From positions 496,001 to 560,000 of the forward strand of contig MCFH01000033.1 in assembly GCA_002104945.1 (NCBI GenBank): a DNA stretch of 64,000 nt, read 5' to 3'. Positions 1-9,900 of this stretch are shown here, one piece after another. The stretch is from Piromyces finnis finn (lineage: Eukaryota; Fungi; Neocallimastigomycota). The position numbers and the translations under genes were made by a program. Position 1 is the first letter of the stretch. Each line of letters begins with the position of its first letter. The notes beneath the pieces were generated by a model that ran no database searches, was not told where the DNA came from, and worked only from the letters and a program-made list of their open reading frames with translations.

Positions 1-1827
1 TTCATCAAGCATAGGAAGTGAAAAACGTTTATTCGTTGGTTCTTCATACCAATGATCCAAATCAAGACTTACACCACTTGGATCTGATGCAAGGTTTTCG
101 AAATGATCATGCCACACCTCTAGTTGTTCTTCTGTAGCAACAACTAATTCTCCATTTTTATTTTTAATTGGTTGAGCAATAAAGAAAGAATCTTTTCCAA
201 TTTTTGCAGTTTTCTTGATCCATTTCCAGGCCTTCTTAGGATTATGACTCTTCATATACTCACATCCTGTTTTAATCCAATGAAGATATTCTTGTTTCCT
301 AAATTCATTACATCTTTTGTGGATGTAATCGATGAGCTTACGGTAGATTTTAATCCTTTTAATAAATTCATCTATATCATAAATTCTTTCTTTTTTAAAT
401 CTCTTATACAACTTCATTTTGATTTTTTGAAGATTAAAAATTTGTTGTGAAATATGAAATGAAGACTTTATAACATTATTTGCTGAGGTAATACTGAGCT
501 CGTCTGCAATTGAAAAAGCAGTTGAAGTAAACTCTTTGGAAAGTTCATCTGTAGAAACATTAGGATCGTTGAATTTTGCTGAAAGTATTTGGAATTTATT
601 ATGACTGAGAATAGATTCCTTTTCCTCAATACATTTTAATCTATTCCATTTCAGAATTTTCTTAGGAACATTAAAGTCATTAGAAAAATCTTCCATAGGA
701 ATAATTTTACCATTAATAAGAAGTGGCTTATGGTCTGAAACAGGATAAAAATTATTTATAAATGATCCTGAGTGAATAAGATCTTTCATCTTCGAGTTGA
801 TAAGAGCATGGTCAATGTCGGAAGATTGATCATCTCGAGTCCAAGAGATAGTCGACCCTCTAAGCGGAAGAATTTCCAAATCTCCTAATCCATTAGTTGA
901 TAACCAGTTGGATAATTTAACTTTAGACATATTAAAATCACCAACAAGAATCGATGGATGGGATGAATGAGTTTGTAACCACAAGCGAACTTCTAACTTT
1001 GCATGATCAACATAGATGTTGTGATGACTATGAGGCATATAAACATTTCCAATCGAGCATTTGAATCTATTCCAAAGACTAAAAGTATAAATAGAAATAA
1101 TATACTTTCCAGAGAAGTTTTCAAGTGAGGCTTGACATGAGGAAGAATCGTTGCTATTATTATTATTATTAAAGTCATCGTTATTAATGGATGATGCATC
1201 AGAGGAATAAGTAGAACTATTACTAGATGGCTGTGAAACTGAAGAACTATCAACTATTGAACTGTTATCAGAGTTGATAGAACTATTAGAATTAATTGTT
1301 GAATGTTGAGATTGAAATTGTGTTTGCTGTAGATCTGGAATATTTTCATGATGGGAAACTTGTTGAAGATCCTGTTGAAGATCTAGTTGAAGATCGGATT
1401 GTTGATGAGATTGTTGAACTGATTGTTGAAATGATTGTTGAATAGAATGTTGATGTTTATTAGAAACTAAAATTTTACGTTTGAGAGTGGAAAAAGTGTA
1501 TTTGTGATTCCTTCTACTACGAGCTGAAAAGGAAATTGAGGTAACTGAAAGTTTCTTCTTTAACATGTGTAAGATTTTAATACAATCTTTCGATGAACCA
1601 TGAACCTTGACTAAGAAAAAGTGATCATTGAAAGTCTGAAAATATTTAACACTAATAACTGAATTAAATTTATCTTCTAGAATAACCTCGAGTTTTTCCC
1701 ATAGCATATTTACTGACCATGATCGAATACCACGGATAAAGAAGGAGCGAATATCATCTAAGGGGATACCATAAGACCGGGTACCACGTCTGATATAATT
1801 CTTGTCTTTAATATAAAGGACTGACAT
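1..1827 (-). CDS. LINE polyprotein, N-terminal 609 codons (RRM-like domain, Q/S/N linker, partial APE endonuclease, tether); 3'-partial
   Basis: Manual translation from ATG at 1827 is open to base 1: MSVLYIKDKNYIRRG...SFFIRGI...HFFLVKV...QQSFQQSVQQSHQQS...IGNVYMP...SILVGDFN...SDIDHALIN...VSDHKPLLI...NPKKAWKWIKK...KNKNGELV...EVWHDHFENLASDP. The VY-P, GDFN, IDH and SDH-P motifs are hallmarks of APE-type retroelement endonucleases. Confidence 0.85.
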   Translation of the reverse strand, partial: MSVLYIKDKNYIRRGTRSYGIPLDDIRSFFIRGIRSWSVNMLWEKLEVILEDKFNSVISVKYFQTFNDHFFLVKVHGSSKDCIKILHMLKKKLSVTSISFSARSRRNHKYTFSTLKRKILVSNKHQHSIQQSFQQSVQQSHQQSDLQLDLQQDLQQVSHHENIPDLQQTQFQSQHSTINSNSSINSDNSSIVDSSSVSQPSSNSSTYSSDASSINNDDFNNNNNSNDSSSCQASLENFSGKYIISIYTFSLWNRFKCSIGNVYMPHSHHNIYVDHAKLEVRLWLQTHSSHPSILVGDFNMSKVKLSNWLSTNGLGDLEILPLRGSTISWTRDDQSSDIDHALINSKMKDLIHSGSFINNFYPVSDHKPLLINGKIIPMEDFSNDFNVPKKILKWNRLKCIEEKESILSHNKFQILSAKFNDPNVSTDELSKEFTSTAFSIADELSITSANNVIKSSFHISQQIFNLQKIKMKLYKRFKKERIYDIDEFIKRIKIYRKLIDYIHKRCNEFRKQEYLHWIKTGCEYMKSHNPKKAWKWIKKTAKIGKDSFFIAQPIKNKNGELVVATEEQLEVWHDHFENLASDPSGVSLDLDHWYEEPTNKRFSLPMLDE

Positions 1828-2020
1828 GATAATAAATTCTAATTAAAAATATTGAATATAAAATAAATACTAATAAAAATTATAAATATAACGTATATGG
1901 AAAAAAAATCTGTCTCTCTCTCTCTTCTTAAAAGTACTGGATAGTACAAAAATTGTTACGATGCTTTGTTTAAAGTTTCTTTTTTTTTTGAATTCTAGTT
2001 GTAAATTTTCTTTAAAAATT

Positions 2021-2361
2021 CTAGTTTTGGTTTGTTGTTAGTAAATTCGAATCGCTTTTTGACACTAAACTTGTTTGACTTTACTTTTCATTAAATATTT
2101 AAATTGGTAAAAAATTTGAATCAAGAATGTCGACACCAGAAAGCTTGTGAATAGTATTTTTACATGATGTAGAGTGAATCAGTCTCTTACAAGAAACAAT
2201 ACAACAATAGCTACATGAATATAAAAGTACAATGCAAATGCTAAAGTTGACTACATTGGATTCTTACAAGAGAAGAGTAGTACTACATGAATACATGAAT
2301 AAAAGAAAAAATACAGCAACAAAATGTATTACTCTTCTAATTAAATACTATACAAACTTAC
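2021..2361 (-). other. candidate spliceosomal intron in the 5' UTR of the LINE-like element
   Basis: Minus strand shows a CAG|GTAAGT donor (intron starts 2361), a TACTAAC branch site (2043-2037) and a CTAG acceptor ending at 2021, 16 nt after the branch motif. There is no transcript evidence. Confidence 0.45.
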
Positions 2362-2426
2362 CTGAAAAATCAAACATTCACTTATTCATCAAATACTTAA
2401 ATTTGATGAATAAAATGTTTTTTAAT

Positions 2427-2892
2427 CGCTCAGTACCATGAGCTTAGTCCTAATAATTTTCCCTTGAAGACTAACCAAGCATCCATTGCGCAATGCTTGG
2501 ATTTAATTCTTTCTACTCTCTCAGTACCATGAGCATGAGTAGACCCCCTTGAGAAATTACATTTATTAAATAAATGAAGGCACATTCCTAAGAGGGCACC
2601 AAGCATCCATTGCGCAATACTTGGATTTAATTCTTTCTACTCTCTCAGTACCATGAGCATGAGTAGACCCCCTTGATATCTTTCTACTCTCTCAGTACCA
2701 TGAACATGAGTAGACCGCCTTGAGAAATTACATTTATTAAATAAATGAAGGCACATTCCTAAGAGGGCACCAAGCATCCATTGCGCAATACTTGGATTTA
2801 ATTCTTTCTACTCTCTCAGTACCATGAGCATGAGTAGACCCCCTTGAGAAACTACATTTATTAAATAAATGAAGGCACGTTCCCAAGAGGGA
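2427..2892 (-). repeat. tandem array of ~124-bp structured monomers (about 3 units, an extra ~47-bp partial copy and a variant terminal unit)
   Basis: CCAAGCATCCATTGCGCAAT recurs at 2475, 2599 and 2770 (spacing 124 and 171). CTCAGTACCATGA recurs 5 times. Each unit contains three inverted repeats. Confidence 0.95.
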
Positions 2893-3901
2893 AGTATAAA
2901 ATATTAACAATTTATAAAATGTTCAACAATTTTATTACTGTTATTAATTAAATGTCTATTGTCAAACCATTTACAATAATTGGAAAAAGATAAAAAATAA
3001 AACACACCAGTAACTCTTTTTTTTTTTAATTTTATTTTATTATTTATTTTTTTATATATTAAACTTTTTTATACATATTTTATTTTCTTTTATATTAAAT
3101 TAAAATATTTAGAATATAATATCCTCTCTTCTAAAATATTATATCTATTATAAATTAATTCTCAAAAAGATACTAATAATTTTATATAAAAAATTTTTAA
3201 ACTTATAAAATTTACAAATGAATATAAAAATATATTATATAATAAAAAAAAAAGATAGGTTATGTTATAATAAATGTTATATTCGTTATTAATTTTTTAT
3301 ATATATAAAAAATATTAATTATTATTTGGAACTTTTTTTCTAATTTTATGATTTTTAATGAATGATTCAAAGAAAAATATATAATTATTCAATTATACTT
3401 TTTTCTTCTTTGTTTGTTCATTTTTTTTTTTTTGTTACTCATAATATTCTATTGATTTTTGAATTACTATTTAAATACAAAAAAATTGAACTTTGGAAAT
3501 TGAACTTTTTTTTCTATATTGGTTTTGGTTTGTGGTTCGTTTTTTGGAATTAATAAATTAATTTTTTTATCAGGCTTTATGATTAGGATTATATAATGGT
3601 ATAAAAATAATAATTTTCATTTTAAATTTATAAATTCTTTTTAGCCTTGACATTTAGTGTTTGTATGTTAAAAAAAATGTGTGGTTTTTTGAATTATAAA
3701 TGGAACTTTGTTACTGCTTTTTTTATTCTTACTTTATATAGTTACAATAAAAAAAATATTTTTCTTATTTCTTTTGGGTTGGTATTTATATTTTTTTTCT
3801 TTTTGATGTTTTAATTTCTTATGTCAATGTTAATGTGTTTTTTTTTTTTTTTTAATCATTATTTTAAATTTTATAAATGAAATTTAAAATAATTTTTCTA
3901 T

Positions 3902-6900
3902 CTAATTAGCATAAGCCATAGCAATAGCGAATTGACCAGAGTGGCTGATAGTAACCTTAACATCATTAACACCAACAGACTTAATCTTGTCTTTTAATTC
4001 TTGACTTAAAAGAACCTTTGGAGCACCAGATTCAGCCATAACAACTTCAATGTCCTTTAATGGAGCACCAGCACCTTCCCAGATCTTTTGAGCTTCTAAT
4101 GAATATGAGGAAATAGCCTTAATAACGGCTTCCTTAGCAGCCCATCTACCGGCAAAGCTAGAGCGAGCATCTGGTTTGCTCTTACAGTAATTTATTTCAG
4201 TTGAAGTAAAGTTGCGTTCTACGAAACTTTCATTTTCAATATTTATTTCAGAAATTAAAGCAACATCAACACCAACACCATTACCAACCTTAGAATCAAC
4301 AGTATTGTCGGCCATTTGCTTAAGAATAGCGTTCATAGCTTGAGTATCTTCAGTTGGGGCCTTCTTTTCGTTTTTCTTGGCGAATTGTTGTTCATAATCC
4401 CACTTCTTAGTCTTCTTGTTGTAAGAAGCACGAGCTAATGGGTTTAAGTAAACAGCACTTTCTTGTTCTGGAGTGTATGGTGGTTCATCCTTAACTTGGA
4501 CAAAGTCTTCACCAGTTAAGGTATCGTGAAGCTTTCTAAAGGCCTTGTGTTCACGGATATCACGCTTAGCCTTGTAAGCATTGTAAGTATTTTCATCAAG
4601 AGTAGCAAAGAGACAGTCTGGGTGGACAACTAAAATTTCACCACCAACTTGACCGAAACCGAATGACTTTAATAAACCAGCCTTAACACCTGGAGTCTTG
4701 AAAGTCTTGTTATTGAACCAAAGATGTTCATACTTTTCAAGAAGTGGATCAATGTTATCAGCATTACGGTTACCTGGAACAATACCAGTTTGAAGAATTT
4801 GGATAACACCATTTAACATCCAAGCAGCAGCAGCACCCTTACCGTGACCAGTAAGATACTTTTGACAAACTACTGGACAAGCGTTACCCTTAGTACGACC
4901 AAGATGTTCGAATTGCTTGTTGAATACATCAGATTCATTCTTATCATTGGCCTTAGTACCAGTACCGTGGAAGGAAGCAACACCAATATCATCAACAGTA
5001 AGACCAAAGGCAGCTAAAGCACCACGTAATGGAGAAATAGTTGGATCATTCTTGTAGAATTCTTGTCCCCAAACTTGGAAGGCTTCCTTTTCTTGCTTAC
5101 GAGCTTCAGCATCAATGAAAGCAGTTCTTTCTTCAATAAAGGCATCAATAACTTCTTGAGATTCGCCTTCCATATCCTTAACTTCTTCATTCATTAATTC
5201 TAATTCTTCTTCAACCCATGACTTAATCCATCTCTTACGAGCATTTAATTGACGAGCACGATACTTTGGATTTAATAATGGACTCTTACCATTTCCAACT
5301 TCACGAGCAGTGGTTAAAATACCTTGACCTGGAGCTGGAACAGATCTTCCTTCCTTATCGGTAGCAGTAGCACTGTGAGCAATAATACCGTAAATTGGAA
5401 CACCCATCTTAAGAGCAAGGCTAGCTGGCATTAAAACTTGTGTACCAACACCTTGAGCTTCCATGAAACCACCACGAGAGGAGGCAGTTGGTCTAGACAT
5501 TTCATCTGGTTCACGACCCTTAGCCATTTCTTCACGAGAGTTGGAAGTAGCCTTCATTTGAGCAAATTCATATGAACCTTCTTCTTGGAAGTCATCATAA
5601 CCACCAACAAATACAACCTTAGCCTTACCAGATAAAATGGTGTCAATACCAATATCAAGAGATTCAACAGCAGAAGCACAAGCACCAACTGGAGTACGAA
5701 TTGGACCAGAGGAAGAAAGTAATAATAAGTTAATCCAAGCACTCATGGTATTAACGAAAGTTTCTTGGAGAATATCACTTTGAAGTGGCTTATCTAAGAA
5801 ACGATCCTTGAAGATAGCACGGTTAGCGATTTCAGCACCAACACCAGAACCACAAGCATTTCCGACTTCGGAAACGTGAACATATTCGTAGAATTCATAT
5901 GGATCAGTAATACCAGCACTAACTAAAGCTTCAACGGCTGATACAATACAGTAACAAGTAATGATATCAACTTGTTCAATGATATCCTTTGGAATACCAT
6001 AACGAGCTGGATCCCAACCAGTTGGTAATTGACCAGCAACTAAACGATCAAATTGTAAAGCCTTAGCAACATAGATTGAAGCTCCCTTTAAGATACGAAC
6101 CATGTAACGACCATCTCCAACTTCGTAAACTTCAACATTTTCTTCGTGTTGACGCTTGAAGGTTTCAGCTTCTTCCTTACTAGCTTCGAATGGTGGAAGA
6201 TCAGTATCAACCATAACTTCTTGAAGGAACTTCTTCTTTTCTGGGTTGTAACCATTGAAAAGTTCTGGTTCAATAAGACGAATACCAGTGTGAGCAAGAA
6301 TGTCCTTTTCATAAGTAGCCTTAATATCAATATCCTTAATTGGAGCACCACTCTTAGCATCTACCCAACCAGAGTAGAGAGTACCATCTGGCATTTGCTT
6401 GAAGGTTACATGCTTAATGAATCCCATAATCCAAGCTAATTCAACACAACCTTCAAGAGAGAATTTACCTTCAGCTTCCATTTCCCAACGAGTACGGCAG
6501 TTACCGTATGGACCAACTTCACCATAACCAGTAACAACAACAACACGGTCAAGATCTAATAAGTCGCGTAAGTATTCCATGTCCTTTAATTGTTCACGAC
6601 TCTTTAATTCTGGGAATTCAATACGAATGTTAGAACGTGGTTCAACAGTTCTCTTTTCTTCAACCTTGTTAGCACCAATAATTTCAGTGTGAGCCTTATC
6701 TTCATCAATGACTAACTTCTTCTTTTCAGATTCATTAACCATCTTTTCACGAATTTGACGAAGAGCAACATTCATATCAGCCATGTATTGCATACCACCG
6801 TTAAGATCAGCGTAAATTGGGTTCTTACGAGAAAGAGAAACCATAACATCACTAACAAGACCAATGATGTTAAATGCCATTTCAGTAGTAGTGAAAGTAC

Positions 6901-9900
6901 GGCAGTTACCAACACTTTCAATACCTTCAGAGATGAGGTTATTACTGTTCATTAAACCAGTACCTCTAGTCCAACCAATACAAGCACCAGTAATGGATAA
7001 GTACTTAGACCAGGTTTCAGATCTCCAACGGTTTAATAAGTTTTCTAAACCAATCTTAGATTCACCATATAAACCATCACCACCGAATGTACCATGGTTT
7101 GGAGAAAGTGGAAGAATAACTTGGGCAGAAACAAGAGAACGAACCTTCATCTTTTGAGTACGGATAGCACCTAAAATACGAATGACGTTAGTTAACATAA
7201 TACGATGAGCTAATTCACTCTTGCCATCTAAATCACTAATATCACGACCATTTTCAGAGATAGCAGCAAATGGAATAACTAAATCAAGATCCCAACCGAG
7301 ACCGTTGGAACGACTATCCTTAGAGTAAATGAATTCAATAAGATCATTAACATCCTTCTTAGAACCTTGGTTGAATGGAACAACAACTAAGGCAGAACCC
7401 TTAGTACCAACTTGTTCATAAACACTTCTAAAGTGTTCTAAAGTCTTACGACGGTAACTAGAAGTAGTAGCAACAACCTTAGCACCACCAGCTAAGAGGT
7501 ACTTAACAACACATTCACCAATAGAGTTTCTACCACAACCAGTAATAAGAACATGCTTACCAGCGAATGAAATACCATCTTCAGCAATCTTCTTAAGTTC
7601 ATTTAAGTAAACCTTAGACATAGCTTCATCAATGTTATCGACACCATTAGCAGCTTGGTCACGAACAAAGAGGTATGGAACCTTCTTAGTAATAGAACCA
7701 ATAGTTTGCATGGCACCATCTTCCATTTCCTTAACATAGTCAGAAGATGTTTCAATACCCTTACGTGGAACTTCCTTATAAATCATTTGACCTTGTTCAT
7801 CAATAATGGCATGTGGAGCTTGGAATGGACCATTGAATTTAAAGATTGGTTTTCCAGAAGACTTTTCAATTTCTTCTAATAAAGCAGCAGTAACCTTTTC
7901 TAATGTAGCCTTGATTTCAGCATCCTTTTGATCAGCAACAACCTTCTTGTGAACAAATTCAATTTGTTGACGAAGAGAATTGTTGGCACGATTAACCATA
8001 GTACGGAAGAGATCGGAAGAAATGATAGCATCAGCATCCTTCTTTTCTCCAGCAAGAATATCATAGACCATGAACCAGAAGTCTTGGTAACCCCAGTTCC
8101 AGCTAGAGTCAAAGACACGAGCCTTCATGCTACTGAACATTGGCTTAATACCATTAGCATAATCTTCACCATGTTCTTCAAACCAAATATCAAGATCAGA
8201 TTGAAGCTTAGCAGTAGATTCAGCAGAAGCAACTAATTTCTTTTGATCTTCACGAAGATCAACACCAAGGTACTTAGCGTAAGTTTCTAATTGTTCACGA
8301 ATAAGTGAATCTTGCTTCATTCTTAAAGCAGTAACTTCAGCACTGTTAACCATACCCATGGCAGCAACACCTGGAACAGCAGCAGCAACAGCACCACCAG
8401 CACCACCCTTAGAAAGACCAAGAGAGTTAGCACTGGAGTAAAGTTCAACAGCCTTATCTAACCAGGCTTGTGCATCAGCTTCAGAACCTAAACGTGAAGA
8501 TGGTTCAATAGTGGTACTGTAAAGTAATACACCATCGGTTCTTCTTTCACCTAAACCATAGCTACTCTTAAGATATTCCTTAGCCTTAGAAGCAGAGAAA
8601 CCAGCTGGCATCTTACCACTAAGCATACGGTTAACCATAGTAGATGTGTATTTACCTAACTTACCACTGTGGTTAGCACCAATAGCACTACCTAATTCAC
8701 TAATGGCTAATTCTTCAGCCTTTAATGGAATACTATTACCACCAAATTCAGTGTGTAAATCACCAGATACTTCATTTTGAACAGTACTACGTCCACCAGA
8801 TAATTCCTTAATAGACTTACTCATTGGAATTTCGTTAATAGTCTTCTTTAATTTTTGAGCTAACATTACACGAATAATTTCATTTGGAGCAATTGGAGCA
8901 TCACCAACAGCAGCAGCTGGAGCAGCTGGAGCAGCAGCAACTGGCATAGCTACTGGCATAGCTACTGGAGCAGCAGCAGCTGGAGCAGCAGAACCCTTTG
9001 AAATAGAAACACCAGTGGCAGAAGAATAAGTACTAACTACAGAATCTAACCAAGCTTGAGCATCAGCTTCAGATCCTAAACGAGAGGATGGTTCCATGGT
9101 AGTAGCAACTAATAAAACACCATCAGTACGACCCTTTCCAAGACCATAACTGTTAGCTAAATAGTTCTTTACAGCAGATGCGTTGAAACCAGCTGGCATC
9201 TTACCACTAAGCATACGATTAATCATTTGAGTAGTGTACTTACCAAGTGAACCATTGAAGTTAGAAGAAATTTGCTTACCAAGATCTTCTAAAGATAATT
9301 CTTCAGCCTTTAATGGAATACTATTACCACCAAATTCAGTGTGTAAATCACCAGAAACTTCATTTTGAACAGTACTACGTCCACCAGATAATTCCTTAAT
9401 AGATTTTGTCATTGGAATTTCGCTGAGAGACTTCTTTAATTTTTGAGCCAAGATAACACGAATAATTTCAGAAGCAGTAACTGGGGCATCACCAACAGCA
9501 GCAGCTGGGGCAGCAGCAACTGGAGCTGGAGCGGCAACTGGGACTGGAGCTGGGACTGGAGCTGGAGCAGCCTTTGGAGCTTCAACTGGAGCTGGAGCTG
9601 GAGCAGCTTCTTCTTCTTCAAAGTTCATATCATCTAATTCATAGTAAATTTCAGCAGTATCCTTAGAGTAAGCTAAAAGTTGACGCTTCTTACCAAGAGC
9701 AAGATCAGATTTACTGTAATTCTTGGCAAGAGTACGTTTAGCCATACCAACTAAAGTTGGAGTTGGACCAAATTCAATTAAACGTTCAATATCAACACCA
9801 CCCTTCTTAGAGGAGTTGAATAAGTATTCTTGAGTCTTAATCCATTGAACAGCAGAAGCTAATTGGTAAGATAATAATTCAATCATAATAATGTATGGAA

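Larger units (their letters stand above)
1..2892 (-). mobile_element. 5' portion of a non-LTR (LINE-like, APE-type) retrotransposon, including the presumed 5' UTR and monomer array; continues beyond the left edge
   Basis: Open minus-strand frame with APE endonuclease motifs and the typical pre-RT tether. Sequence is less AT-rich than the flanks out to 2892, where the repeat array stops abruptly. Including 1828-2892 in the element is inference, and no TSD or RT domain is visible in the window. Confidence 0.75.

Noticed and set aside
172-1253. ORFs 172..450 (+) and 993..1253 (-)
   Set aside because: Antisense or off-frame shadows of the long LINE ORF (1827 to <1) that the track omitted.
2427-2892. 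Array read as a CRISPR array, tRNA/SINE, TPP riboswitch or SL RNA
   Set aside because: There are no unique spacers or cas genes. GCTCATGGTACTGAGC resembles a tRNA D-arm but no anticodon arm, T-arm or nearby B-box follows. GGTGCC and CTGAGA occur without TPP P4/P5. There is no Sm site.
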